Shown: positions 37,835-60,419 of the stretch, piece by piece
How the letters are laid out: the number at the start of each line of letters is the position of its first letter
Position numbering within the stretch: position 1 is the stretch's first letter
Assembly: GCF_009914755.1 (NCBI RefSeq)
Contig: NC_060926.1
Direction: 5' to 3' (one strand)
Source of the DNA: the human T2T-CHM13v2.0 reference genome, Homo sapiens
Length of the DNA: 64,000 bases
Translations under genes and position numbers: made by a program
Notes under the pieces: model-generated
What the model was told of the DNA's origin: nothing
The model's database searches: none
The model's input: only the letters and a program-made list of their open reading frames with translations

Positions 37835-37904
37835 GTACGAAAGTCCTTGATTACTTTGATTTTTTTTTTAAATAAATCTCTCATCTGAACACAGAGAAAT
37901 ATCT

Positions 37905-38212
37905 CTTTTTTTTCTTTTTTTCTTTTTTTGAGATGGAGCCTCACTCTGTCACCCAGGCTGGAGTGCGGTGGCATGATCTCAGCTCACTGCAACCTCCGCC
38001 TTCTGGGTTCAAGTGATTCTTCTGCCTCAGCCTCCCTAGTAGCTAGGATTACAGGCGCCCACCACCACACCCAGCTAATTTTTGTATTTTTAGTAGAGGT
38101 GGGGTTTCACCATGTTGGCCAGGCTGGTCCCAAACTCCTGACCTCAAGTGACCTGCCCACCTTGGTCAGCCTCCCAAAGTGCTGGGATTACAGGTATGAG
38201 CCACCGCCCAGC
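37905..38212 (-). mobile_element. AluS
   Basis: Antisense dimer; TSD agaaatatctctt. Confidence 0.9.
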
Positions 38213-38556
38213 CAAGAAATATCTCTTGATAATCATGAGACTTGCTTGTATATATTTTGTTAAATATATCTGTTTTAAAACTATTCTAAGTCAGGTCAGA
38301 ACATTGGGTCCAAGTTTTTGTGAAGCTATAAAGCTGCAAAGTGTCCATTTGAAACTTTTGATGTAGGATAGTTTCATTATATTTGAAAACTGGATGGTCA
38401 ACAAAGAGGATGGCTGTAGTGCTGATCTGAACCCTCTTTGTAGGCGGTGACTGGAGGGTCATCACTGGGTGACCTATGGCTACAGGCCCTCAGGGGCACA
38501 GTTTCTCAGTCCCCAACAAGAGCCACACCTCCCATCACACCACACTCTTCCCACAG

Positions 38557-38690
38557 TGGTTCCGCAGCGCAGTGGTGAAGGAGGACGCCATGCCTGCGAC
38601 TCTGATGACGCTGCTCTTCTCCAACATCGATCCCATCTATGAGTTCCACAGAGGCTTCCTGCGCGAGGTGGAGCAGAGGCTGGCACTCTG
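38557..38690 (+). CDS. FARP2: FARP2 coding exon (~exon 16), DH domain
   Basis: cccacag|TGG...TG|gtaaca; WFRSAVVKEDAMPATLMTLLFSNIDPIYEFHRGFLREVEQRLAL(W); 134 nt, phase 0/2. Confidence 0.97.
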
Positions 38691-39120
38691 GTAACACCCC
38701 TTCAGCCCCCACACGGGAGACTCCCACACCAACTCATCATCACCGCTCTTAGGAACTTCCCAGCTTCAGAAACTAATTCAGAAGAGCCATTTTTTCACTG
38801 GAGCATATTTTTAGGAGCCTGTGGGGAGAGGTACAGATGTAATAATACCCTTTATTCACCCTCTTCCAGAAAAGAGAGTGCAAGGAGCAAGTTAAAAATG
38901 GAAGATCCCTTTTTGCCTGGTTACTATCTGTTTTAGAGAATGGCCAGACACATAATAGCAGCTTCCATCCAGGGCAGGCCCTGCCCTGCGGCCTCTTCCA
39001 CCTCAGAGCTTCACCACCTTCCTCCAGCTGGAACCAAGGCAGCTGTCACCCTGCGTCAGATTACAGTGCCTTCTGCAAGCTTTCACCATGTTTAGGATGA
39101 CTTTGTTTCTTTTTACTCAG

Positions 39121-39202
39121 GGAAGGGCCCTCCAAAGCCCACACAAAAGGCAGTCATCAACGAATCGGGGACATCCTGCTCAGGAACATGCGCCAGTTAA
39201 AG
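39121..39202 (+). CDS. FARP2: FARP2 coding exon (~exon 17), DH domain
   Basis: ttttactcag|G GAA...AAG|gtaggc; EGPSKAHTKGSHQRIGDILLRNMRQLK; 82 nt, phase 2/0. Confidence 0.96.
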
Positions 39203-39274
39203 GTAGGCTGCATGGTGACTACTGCCTACATGAATGCTGTTTATGGGAGCAAAACCATCTTCCCGAAGCTGAGG

Positions 39275-40605
39275 CCCGTCAGAACAGCGTCCCCTCAGAA
39301 AAGGGTCCCCTCAGAACAGGATCCCCCTCAGAGTAGGGTCTCCTTAGAACAGGGCCCCCTCAGAGCAGGATCCCTCCAGACCAGGGTCCCCCTCAGAACA
39401 GTCTCCTCAGAGCAGGGTCCCCTCAGAATAGGATCCCCCCCAGACCAGGGTCCCCCTCAGAGCAGGGTCTCCTCAAAACAAGGTTTCCTGAGAACAGGGT
39501 TCCCCTCAGAGTGGGGTTTCCTCAAAACAGGGTCCCCTCAGAGCAGGGTCCCCCCAGAGCAGGGTCCCCTAAGAGCGGGGTCTCCTCAGAACAGGGACCC
39601 CCTCAGAGCAGGGTCCCCTTAGTGCAGGGTACCCTCAGAACAGCATCCCCTCAGAGCAGGGGACCCCTCAAAACAGGGGCCCCCTCAGAAAAGGATTTTC
39701 TCAGAACAGAGTCCATCTCAGAACAGGATCCTACTCAAAGCAGGGTGTCCCCAGAGCAGAGTCCCCCCTAAAGCAGGGTCCCTCCAGAGCAGGGTCCACC
39801 CAAAACAGGGTCCTCTCAGAACAGGGTCTTCTCAGAATAGCATCCCCCTCAGGCTCTCAGAACAGGATTCCCTCAGAATAAAGTTCCCTCAAAACAGAGT
39901 CCTTCTCAGAGCAGCAGCCCCCTCAGAACAGGGTCTCCCTTTAAGCATCATTCCCATTAGAACAAGGTTCCCCAGAACAGCATCACCCTCAGAACAGGGT
40001 CTCCTCAGAACTCTATCTTCCTCAAACAGGATCCTACTCTGGATGGGGTCTCCCTCAGAATCTTGTTTCCCTCAGAAAAGAGTCTGGCTCAGGGCAATGT
40101 CCAGGGCCCCATCAGGACACTGTTTCCCTCAGAACAAGTTCCCTCCTCACCGCATCCCTCAATAAGGGCTCTCCAAGAATAGGATGCCCCTGAAAACAGC
40201 ATACCCCTCACAACAGGGTCCCCCAGAACATGGTCTCCCTCCAATCAGAACTACCCCCAGAACAGACTCCACCTTAAAACATTGTTTGCCTTAGATCAGG
40301 GCCCTTACCAGCCCCAGAACATTGTTCTCTTCAGAACCTTTTTCTCCACTGATAATAGCATTCCCTTGAGGACAGTGTCCCCATTTCCATCAGGACAGGA
40401 CTCCCCCAGAACAGTGTTCACCTCAGAGCAGGATTCTCCCCCAGAACATTGTCCTCCTCAATGGGTCCGCCCAGAACAGCATCCTCTTCAGAACAGGGCC
40501 TCCCTCAGATCAGGGTTCCCCACAGAACAGAGTCTTCCTCAGAACATCATTCTCAGGACAGAGTCCCCCCTCCCCAGGGCAGGACCTGTTCAGGGCAGAG
40601 TCCCC
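39275..40605 (+). repeat. Degenerate 17-18 bp minisatellite array, consensus ~cccctcagaacagggtc
   Basis: Dozens of ctcagaacagggtcccc / ctcagagcagggtcccc units, more degenerate toward the 3' end. Confidence 0.93.
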
Positions 40606-40681
40606 ATAGCTGCTGTGGGGAGGGCAGGGCCCTGGGACTTGTTTCCACCTTGGCTGCTAGGCTCATAGGTTTTTCTTTCAG

Positions 40682-40732
40682 GTGTTCCAGCTCCACGAAG
40701 GGCATGTAGCAGGGGTCACAAAAATGGAGTAG
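40682..40732 (+). CDS. FARP2: Candidate FARP2 alternative terminal exon, coding part VFQLHEGHVAGVTKME*
   Basis: Acceptor tttttctttcag|GTG, phase 0 like the exon 17 donor; agrees with my recollection of short C-terminally truncated FARP2 isoforms (not verified here). Confidence 0.55.
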   Translation: MFQLHEGHVAGVTKME

Positions 40733-40895
40733 ACTTTTGGATAGGCAGGGGCAGCACTGGGGGAAGTGAGATTTCTCTTCAATAGGAGCAACGGTACAGG
40801 TGTTCACATGTGGACAACAGTGCAGGTCGTGCATTGACTGTTCAGGGGTCTCACTCTTGCTTAACGTGCCTGGAACAGTTCTCCCTCCCTCTCAG

Positions 40896-40919
40896 GCTGC
40901 TCATGAGTTCACCACGTGA
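40896..40919 (+). CDS. FARP2: Candidate FARP2 alternative terminal exon, coding part AAHEFTT*
   Basis: Branch-point-like cttaac at ~40860, pyrimidine tract ttctccctccctctcag|GCT, phase 0, stop after 7 codons. Confidence 0.5.
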   Translation, partial: AAHEFTT

Positions 40920-41319
40920 CCGCCCAAGGTGTGGAGCTCTGCATAACACCATGAAGCTGAGCCACAGTGACGACGACGACTCAAGCTCCCCCTCCTCCAT
41001 CCCTCGCCTGTCCCACCTTCTACCCAATCCTGCGAGACTCTGGCCACTCCTCACACCTAGAGTTCCCAAGGGACTATAGGTTTTGCTGTTCTGTGTTGAG
41101 ATAGCCCCACTTGAAGAACTGCATTCAGCCTAGGTGCCCTTTTCCTGCCTCGACGGAAGCTGAGTCAGGTTGTTAATGAGAAAGTTCTACTTATCCCAAA
41201 GGCAGTTGCACTAATTTAAAATTGAAATATACACAAATCTGTTTGATCCAGATTATCATACTGTAGTCATCTTTAATGTTCATTAAAACAAAGGGATTTG
41301 ATATTAAAACCCTTTAGCT

Positions 41320-42188
41320 CTGGGGAGGCAGCCAAGAGCTCTGTCCACAAAACCAAATCTGGGTGTCAGAGGCCAAGACCCCAGGTTGGGATCAGGGACC
41401 ACCCCCTCACGGGGCATAAGGTCAGTTTTCCCCCAGAGCCCGGGCCCCTGTCCCCCTACAGTGCAAGTGTGGTCCCTGGAGCCCCGGTGTGGAGTGGTGA
41501 GTCCCGGAGTAGTGCTTGTCTTGGAAAGAGGGGCCCTTGGCCAGCCACCCCTCAGCGACACTATACAACTCCTGGAGCACCTGCCAGGATTGAAGCCATG
41601 ACCAGGTGCAGGTGGGTGCCAGGCCCGCTGTGGGTGGGCACTGGTCCTCAGCACCACTCACCACTGCCAGGCAGGCCGGGGACCAGCAGACTCCTCAGCC
41701 AACCCTGTCCCTTGGCCCGGCCCTGCCACAGAGAGGGACCCCAGCCCATCATGGGCATCGGCAGGGCTTGGCCACTTCCACCTCCCGCTAGAAGCCTAGC
41801 GAGTGTGGATGCATAGACATCTGAGCCCAGCTTCCTGCATCCCCACCTGGCCCTCACCACCCCTCACCCCCAGGCAGCGGGCCAGCCCCGCCTTCACTCC
41901 CCTCCCAACCACCCCCCCCCCACCACCACCACCCGTACCCTCCTAGGGGCTTCCAGAGCTTTTACACCTGGAGAAACATTCCCCACTCCCCTTTGGCCTC
42001 CCTGTACCCTGAACTGTGAATATTTTTAACCCCTAAATATGTAAATACGGTCAGCTCTTGTGACACAGAAGCTGTTTTATCAACTGTCAGTCCCCATTCC
42101 TTTATGATAGGATTCTCCACAGTGGTTTCCGACTCAGGCTCCAGTGGACCAAATAAAAGTGTTTTGTTAAAAAAAAAAAAAAAAATGT
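41320..42188 (+). pseudogene. 5'-truncated mRNA retrocopy (mostly GC-rich 3'UTR); parent not recognised
   Basis: AATAAA at 42152-42157, A17 at 42169-42185, TSD aaccctttagct at 41308-41319 and 42189-42200, TT/AAAA L1 endonuclease site at 41304-41309. Confidence 0.8.
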
Positions 42189-42196
42189 AACCCTTT

Positions 42197-42883
<687 letters not shown>

Positions 42884-43364
42884 GTCAGGTGTGGTTATTC
42901 CCTCTGTCCAGTAACTGTGCCAGCACAACCGCTTAGTTCCACTCTTGAGAGAAGTTTCTGGAGCGAGCCCTAAGACTGGGCAGGACTCGGGTGGGCTTTG
43001 TTTAACCCCTGCCCTGCACTCCCTTACTGTGTCCCACGCAGCCAGCTGCAGCCTTCCCATCCTCAATTCTTCATCTGTCCAGTGGGGAGGTGGCCCTGGT
43101 CCACTCAGTGCATGTGATATGGGGCCGGTTAGTGGTGCATGTAGCAGTGAATTGGTGGAATGAGGTGCAGGTCACATGGCATCTGAGACGGGTTGAGATG
43201 CATTCCGTGGAGGCTAGAAAGCCCCCGCTGGCGCACGCTGGGCCACTGGTCCATTTGCCCTGTGGGGATTTCCAGCTGGCACCTGCCATCAAGGAAAACA
43301 GGCCAGTCTCCCCCTGGACTCCTACATCTCCTCACCTAAAGGCCCCACTCTTGCGCCTCCACAG

Positions 43365-43602
43365 GAGTTTACCAGCTACTTCCAAAGACATGACGAGGTC
43401 CTAACAGAACTGGAAAAGGCTACCAAACGCTGTAAGAAGTTGGAGGCAGTGTACAAGGAGTTTGAGCTGCAGAAGGTCTGCTACTTGCCTCTCAACACGT
43501 TCCTGCTGAAGCCCATCCAGCGGCTGCTGCACTACCGCCTGCTGCTGCGCCGCCTATGCGGACATTACAGCCCCGGGCACCATGACTACGCTGACTGCCA
43601 TG
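43365..43602 (+). CDS. FARP2: FARP2 coding exon (~exon 18), DH domain
   Basis: cctccacag|GAG...G|gtgagt; EFTSYFQRHDEV...YLPLNTFLLKPIQRLLHYRLLLRRL...DYADCH; 238 nt, phase 0/1; DH motif LLKPIQR. Confidence 0.98.
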
Positions 43603-44279
43603 GTGAGTGTGGGTGCGGCCCTGCATCTCAAGGATCAGCGTGCGTGGCTGGGAGGCAGGGGCGGCTTTGCCAGACCTGAAGACTTCCTTCACTGGGAAGC
43701 GCAGGAGTCCACCCCATTAGGGCCTGGACCACAGTGGTCAGCATTGGCCCTGGCCTTCCTTCCCGTCTCCTCTGGCTGCTGGCAGAGGGCAGGTCCCAGG
43801 CTACACCAGGTCTCTGTCTATTCTGCTCCTCCACCCTCAGGCAAGGCCCTGCCCATCTCCACGTCTGAGCAGTGTAGGGGATGACTCTGATTGCCCTGCA
43901 GGAGTCACAGGGCATGCTCCTGCTGGGGACCCCACAGCCCCCACAAGTGCACTGGGGAATGGGGTGCAACCCCCAGAGCAACCTGCTGCCTATGGATGTT
44001 TCTGTCCTGGAGGCCTTGGCTCTAAAACATACAAAAGATTGGGCCAAGGTGACCTGTTAGAAGTTTTTAACATAGGCAGCCTTTGTAATTTTTGATGTTT
44101 ATTAAAGGGATAAAAGAGTAAACTCTGACCTTTTTAACCTAAAAATAGGATTTCTAATTTTATTGTAAATTTAGTCCCCTTTTCTGAGATGACTCAGGCA
44201 TGAGGGGAACATTGCTCTAATGGGGACCTATTCTAATGGGGATGTGTTCTGATGGGAACTTTATGCTTATCAGGAGGTT

Positions 44280-44603
<324 letters not shown>

Positions 44604-45550
44604 TGAGGAGGTTTTTACAAGTAAATTTTATCATTGTCATTAAAAATAGATGAAAAAATACTTAGCATTTCCTCTAGCTGGTTTCCCATAGCCATGAATA
44701 GATATAAATAAGGATGCTTTCTGATTAGCAAGAAATAGAATGGATCATACAATGTTGACGATTCTCTTTCTTTTCATTCTAAAAGAAAATGTTTCATGTT
44801 TGTTAAAAAGGAGAAGGACAAAATTATAGAAAACATTTTCAAACATTTTAAGGAAAACATGACATAACCACACCATGTTTAAAATGTTTCTCATTGTCAG
44901 TCATTATACCACAGTAGTTAGGTAGGCAGAGTGCTGGAGCAGAGGTTGGCCTGGGCCCGGGCCACCAGGGAAGCCATGCCATGGAGAAGACTGGGGCCCA
45001 GGTTCTGGCCACATCTACCATGTGCTTGAGGTACATAGGACTTTGGAGGGATTCCTGTACCTCACAACATGACAGGTTTTTCATCAGTAAAATGTATAGA
45101 CTGGTGCAAAACCTCTGTGAAGCTGTTTGTGAAAGTGCTTTGAAGTTGTCAACTCAACAGAACACTGATAACCATCAGCCTCCCTAGGTTTGCTTCAGAC
45201 CTCAGCCATCTCTGAAGCGCAGTGAGAGCCCAGTCGATGAAACATTCTCAGCTGACACTATGGCAGGCTCCTTTCCCTCCATGACCCCACTCTCCAAATG
45301 TGGGACACAGGAATGCTTGTCAAGAAGGGCCTTCTTGGAAAATGGCCTTTGGTGTGCAAATGTTACCAGCCTCTTGGTCTTCCTGAGAACTTGAATAGAA
45401 TTCTCTTGGACAAAAGGGAGTACATTTGTTGGGGCTGGCAGAAGCCAGCCTTGCAATTTTATTTATCCTTCATTTTGATGAGAGTTTCCAAGGGTGCTGG
45501 ATGTTAAGTGTGTGTTGTTGATCCATTCTATCATGCACCTGCTCTGCCTA

Positions 45551-48885
<3,335 letters not shown>

Positions 48886-49446
48886 AGAATGTCAAGGCAG
48901 GTCAGGTGATGTATAGGATCATTATCGTGCCATCAGGTCCAAAATGTGTCCTGAGCTTCCAGCAGCTGCCAGTCCCTACCGAGGTGCAGCACAGTGTCCA
49001 TGTGGCAGTCAGGCTCCCAGCCCTGCAACTGTGTGGACTCAGCATTTGAGGGCAGGGTGGCACTGGTGCTCTTTGAGTGGATTCAAGCAGCCATGCAGCA
49101 AATGGACATGGCGTGATGAGTCTCTGCCTGACATGATGTCTGGAAGGAAGGGCTCAGACCCAAGTGCTTGAGGGATGGCCAGCCTGGGAGAGCCAGGGGA
49201 TGGGGGCAGGAGCTTAGAAATCTGCACAGAGCAATAGGGTTGGTAGCTGCCAAGACCTATGCTGGCTTCACTGAAGTTCTTCCTCATTTTCAGTGTCATG
49301 CAGGTATCATTGACAGAAAGTGAATTTTGTCAGTCAATTTTCTTTGTCAATGATGATCTCTTCACCTACTTCATTCTTTTCTGACTTTATCCTCTGAAAG
49401 CTGTAAGGGGCTGTTGTCACCCCCACTGGAAAGGATAGAGCTGCAG

Positions 49447-50245
<799 letters not shown>

Positions 50246-50737
50246 AGAAGGGGGAAAGTGGTCCCCATGAGTGATTCCAGCAAGGAGGATGCAGACCCTG
50301 TGCTCCAGGCATCATCAGAGTTGGGAGCAGGCTCAGCTATGCTACGCCACCACTCTCAGCATGGCCTCAGAGCTGGGCAGACCACTCTTAGTATAACTTT
50401 GTGTTTTAAGTTTCCTGTCCAGATTATAAACTTTCTCTTATCTTTGCTTGAACTATAAGATTAGCATCTGTTCCTGGTTAAAAGAGAAAGTTACAATTGC
50501 TTTGAAGGTGCAAATCATTTAGCCTTTAAAGTACAATAAATCATTTTCCTTTAAGAGCAAATACTGCCTTACCCATAACATTAAATGGTTATTTACAAAG
50601 CCTATCCTCTTTGCCAAACCAGAATATGGGCTGGCCAACAGTTTGGGTTGAACAACCTGAAGGCCTCAGGGGTATCTGCAGGAGCAGGCGCCTGGTGGCT
50701 GCACATAGTAGGCAGCAGTCCTATAAGTCCTATAAGG

Positions 50738-51121
50738 CAGGGGTCCCCAGTGCCCATGGCTATGGACTAGTACCAGTCCAGTCCATAGCCTGTTAGGAAC
50801 CAGGCCACACGGCAGGAGGTGAGTGGCGGGCAAGTGAAGCTTCTCTGTATTTACAGCCACTCCCCATTGCTTGCATTACCACCTGAGCTCCTCCTCCTGT
50901 CAGATCAGCAGCAACATTAGATTCTCATGGGAGCACAAACCCTATTGTGAACTGCACATGTGGGGGATCTAGTTTGTATGCTCCTTGTGAGAATCTAACA
51001 AATGCCTGATGATCTGAGGTGGAACAGTTTCATCCCCAAACCATTCCTACCACCTCTGGTCTGTGGAAAAATTGTCTTCCATGAAACCCATCCCTGGTAC
51101 CAAAAATGTTGGGGACCGCTG
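50738..51121 (+). mobile_element. MER1B-type hAT-Charlie DNA transposon
   Basis: Termini caggggtcccca...tggggaccgctg; 8-bp TSD ctataagg at 50730-50737 and 51122-51129. Confidence 0.9.
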
Positions 51122-51257
51122 CTATAAGGAGTCGAGTAGGATGTACCTCTAATTAGAACTGCCTTTTAGAATGCTGGTTCCTGTCACAAGGTGGTGGGTG
51201 GAGGGTGCTGTGCACACCACTGCCTGTACACCTGTACTGAGGGGTCTCTCCACACAG

Positions 51258-51388
51258 ACGCCCTGAAAGCCATCACAGAGGTGACCACCACACTACAGCA
51301 CATTCTCATCCGGCTGGAGAACCTGCAGAAGCTAACGGAGCTGCAGCGGGACCTGGTGGGCATAGAGAACCTCATTGCTCCTGGCAGG
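51258..51388 (+). CDS. FARP2: FARP2 coding exon (~exon 19), end of DH domain
   Basis: cacacag|AC GCC...AGG|gtgagt; (D)ALKAITEVTTTLQHILIRLENLQKLTELQRDLVGIENLIAPGR; 131 nt, phase 1/0. Confidence 0.97.
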
Positions 51389-51429
51389 GTGAGTGACCTT
51401 GCTCTGGGAATGTTTTTTGAGCTACTTTG

Positions 51430-56700
<5,271 letters not shown>

Positions 56701-57081
56701 AGTTACTTTCTGTCACTAGTACTTTTTGCTTTGAACTCAATACTCTCAACATAAAAAATTGTTTTAAAAATTACATGGAGATGTTTCCTGTCTCTGCACA
56801 CACATGTTCATTGAAGCATGTGTATGAATCATGTTCTGTGTTAGCCTTGTTAGAAGAAGGTATTGAAAATGTGGAACTGCAAGCTTGGAGAAATGAATTA
56901 GCCTGTAATATACAGGAAACCTTCCCCACTTTGGGAGTCTGGGCTTTGATCAGGTGCTAGGACCACCACTCTTTCATTTCTCTCCTTGGCTGCATAGCTT
57001 TGAGCTGTTGCTGCTGGCTGGGAACTCCTGGAAGTAGGGCTCATGTTACATAGTGTTATTTCTCCTAGTAACCTCTGTGCA

Positions 57082-57149
57082 GGGTCTTATAGATGGTGGC
57101 CCAGGGAACTGTCACTGGGTCTTATAGATGGTGGCCCAGGGAACTGTCA
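57082..57149. repeat. Tandem duplication, 35-bp period, 2 copies
   Basis: gggtcttatagatggtggcccagggaactgtca at 57082 and 57117. Confidence 0.95.
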
Positions 57150-58299
57150 ATGAAAAGACAGTTGAGAGTAGCTACATAGGCAAAGGTGTAGGCTCTTGAG
57201 CCATGCATCAAACTCAGGCTCTCCACACTTCCCATGTGGCCTGGGCAGGCTGCGCCCCCTCTCTGAGGCAGGAGGTCTTGAGGATGAACAAGGAATCTAT
57301 GTCAGCTGCTCAGCCCTGGGCCTTGCATGAAGTAGATGCTGTGCAAATTCAAATAATAATTTGTTATTATTAGTCAAAATCTCTAAAGTCATGTCTGGAT
57401 AGCCCAGAATTTCTTGTCTTCCTGAGTTAAATATGTGTGTCAGTCAACAGACAGAAACCATGCCAGTTATTTGAGCAGAGGATGTAATAGCAAGGATTGT
57501 TAACCAGGTATAAAGTTGATGAGGTGCCAAAGGGTAAAAAGAACTGTGAAGTGTCAGGGAGGTGGCAGAACTGTGAGCCACAGTTACTACCCTAGGGCTG
57601 GGGAACAAATTTGACAGCTTGGTCAAAGGCCCACGGTGCTGAGCCTCACAGCTGGCAGCGGGGCCAGTGCATGGTGGAGAAGGCGCCCCGTGGGTCTGGG
57701 ACGCACATCCTGTGAGGGAGCTCTGGAGAGGGGGCTGCTGCTTAGCCAGTGCTGGGGTCTCTGAGGGTGATGCTGCTACCTGTGGCTGGAAGGAACGGCC
57801 ACTCCCAGGGCCAAGCAATTGCCAGCAGCTCACAGGGACCTCAGCGTGCGGTCTCCAGGGCTCCCTGTCACGCCCCTGTGGCCTCTCAGAGTAGGGCTAG
57901 GAGGCAGATGTGGAGTGAGAGCCACAAGCTTAGTTACCGGCCCCATCCAGTTAACGCAAATGCATCCATATGACCACCTTCTTCATTGTGTGGGGTGGAC
58001 GTTTCTGTTTGGGCTGGTTTTTCATCCTGCGTTTCTGTGAGGATTATCTGTGTAGTGTGCTCCTCCTTCTGCCTTCACGCAGTATGTTGGGACTGCTCAT
58101 ACTAGGAGGCCCCTAGCACATTCTCCGGACACCTGCTGCTCCTCCTGTTTGTCTGAAAGGAACAGATGGTGGAAGGGCTCCAGAGCAGTCCAGGTTAGGA
58201 ATCTGAGGGGCTCCCAGGACTCTCGCTTACCCTATCTGCGCAGGTGTCTGATACTGGCAGGATTCTTTTTTCTTATCTAACGCCCTGTGGTGGACGAGG

Positions 58300-58422
58300 T
58301 GGTGCTAATTTGAATACTTAGGAGAACCCTCCTTTCCTCCTCCCATTCTCGAACCTGCTCTTGGTGCTAATTTGAATACTTAGGAGAACCCTCCTTTCCT
58401 CCTCCCATTCTCGAACCTGCTC
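58300..58422. repeat. Tandem duplication, 62-bp period, 2 copies
   Basis: ggtgctaatttgaatacttaggagaaccctcc...cgaacctgctc at 58301 and 58363. Confidence 0.95.
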
Positions 58423-58794
58423 CTGTCCAATGTTTTCAAAGCTGATCTCAGATGACATCTTTGTGGCTGAACCTTCCAGAAGCTTCTCCTCAGCAAGAAC
58501 AATACTCCGGGCTCTACCTCTTGGTTGTATCAGGGCTCCAGGGCTCCTAGCCCAGAGCAGGTGCTCAGTAGATGGTTTGAGGACTGAATTTGTTGGCACC
58601 AAGACAGGACCTGGTGACCAAGGGCACTGCTGAGGGTAGAGGAGCCCCATTGGGAGGCTCCACTAGAGGACCCTCATTGGGAGGAGCCAGAGGAGCACAA
58701 GCGGCCACAAGGCTATTCCTGACCCTCAGCCCGGCTAGTGCATCCGCCAGCTGCCCTCAGCCCGCTGAAAGGGGACTCTGTCTCTGTCTTTCAG

Positions 58795-58863
58795 GAGTTC
58801 ATCCGTGAGGGCTGCCTTCACAAGCTCACCAAGAAGGGCCTGCAGCAGAGGATGTTTTTTCTG
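58795..58863 (+). CDS. FARP2: FARP2 coding exon (~exon 20), first PH domain
   Basis: tctttcag|GAG...CTG|gtaggt; EFIREGCLHKLTKKGLQQRMFFL; 69 nt. Confidence 0.97.
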
Positions 58864-59571
58864 GTAGGTTCTCTCCCCACTCAAGCTGTGCTTCCCCCCG
58901 AGGGGGATGGGCAGCAGTTCTGTTAGGGACATCGCCTGCAGCGGCAGCCCATTGGCCTCTGGGTAGTTTAGCACTTGGAGGCTTTGGTCCAGGTGGGTAG
59001 CGTTGGAGTCAGACAGGGCCAGGGGAGGGTCACAGAGTGGGAAGAAGCAGAAAACAGCTTCCCCACCCACCCCAGGGCCAGCCTCCTTCTTCATTCCAGG
59101 TTCTGAGCACCTGACTATGGGACAAACAGAAGCCAAAAGATTGTAAAGTCCACATACATGTGGCTGCAAGAAGGTGCTACTGATGGCCCAATGGCCAGTC
59201 GGGACAGTTTCACTGTTGGCTCAGAAGCCCCTCCCAGCATGTCCTTGTTCCTACCAGTTAGTGGGTTCCAGCCTGAAACATGTGGATGAGGAGGTAACTG
59301 AGTCAGCACCAGCCAGAATTCCTTACTGCCTCCAGCTTCTCAGCCAAGCTAGCTGGGAGCTGACCCAGCAGATGCACTGGTTCCTGTGGCCCTTTCCTGC
59401 CTCTGGTCAAAAACGACCAAATGAATGAATAAAAGTCCCCTTTCTGCCAAAAATCTCCAGCAAGCTGCACAGATCTGATGTCCACATGATGAGCAGCCAG
59501 AGTCCAAGTTGGTCTGACTATTAAGACACTTGTTTGTGAAGTTCATGGATGTAAAGCTTGCTGCTTCTCAG

Positions 59572-59661
59572 TTCTCAGATATGTTGCTGTACACAAGCAA
59601 AGGAGTTGCAGGGACCAGCCACTTCCGGATCCGGGGCCTCCTTCCCCTCCAAGGCATGCTG
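59572..59661 (+). CDS. FARP2: FARP2 coding exon (~exon 21), first PH domain
   Basis: cttctcag|TTC...CTG|gtgagt; FSDMLLYTSKGVAGTSHFRIRGLLPLQGML; 90 nt. Confidence 0.96.
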
Positions 59662-60419
59662 GTGAGTGGTCTTGCACCCTGCCTGGGATTTCCACGTGGT
59701 GCTGGGCTGGGCCCCACCTACCTCTCTCCTGCAGAGGCGAATCCTTACCCAGCAACACTGAGAGCAGCACCTGCTGAGTATTTGGCCGCACTGGGAGCAG
59801 CACCTGCTGGGCATTTCTTGTTGGTTGTTTCTGACCCTCATGGTCATTGTTGTTATTGATGCTCAAACTGCCCTGTCTCTAGTCCATGGTTCCCTTCTAG
59901 GGAAACCTGGACTCAGCCTGTGGTCTCTGTCAGCACCTGGCAGGACAAGGCCTGCTCCCCGCAAGCTTAGAGTCAGCCTCTGCAGCAGCATCTTCCTCAG
60001 GCTGTGCCACCTGTGTGACATCCACGCCAGCCCTCTGTCCCATGTAGGCACATGCCTGGGATGGGAAGAGAAATTCCTCATTTTAGCATGATCCAGTTCA
60101 TCAACTTTGTCCTTTGTGGTTAGTGCTTTTTGTGTTCAATAGAAATACTGTTCTCAGGTCATGGGGAGACTTTCATGCAGCTCTAGAGGCTATGTCCACT
60201 TGCCCTGAGCGTGTCCCTGCACTAGGCCTAGAACGGTACAGACAGGTAGCCAAGTCCAGGACTTGCCATAAGGATGTGCCATTCGTCCAGGACACCACGT
60301 CACAGTGACTGTCTCTCCCCATGGGCCTGCCAGGGCGCCAAGGACAGGGGCTCTAATCCCCAGCTCTGCCCTATCCCTCTTGGCTTATTTGCCTTGACTA
60401 CAGTGCTACAGTGGTCCTC

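Noticed and set aside
39188-40709. PQNRVPSEQGPLRTGS-type ORFs here and on the minus strand at 46257-48490
   Set aside because: Translations of the minisatellite, with frequent frame breaks
41298-41816. 172-aa ORF in the unidentified retrocopy
   Set aside because: TTG start lies outside the insert, and GC-rich UTR-like DNA readily gives stop-free frames
57435-57900. Possible old MaLR/MLT1 LTR remnant
   Set aside because: Resemblance too weak to call family or boundaries by eye
59756-59813. Two imperfect copies of cactg.gagcagcacctgctg (E-box CACCTG) after exon 21
   Set aside because: Too short to distinguish from a trivial local duplication; no other support
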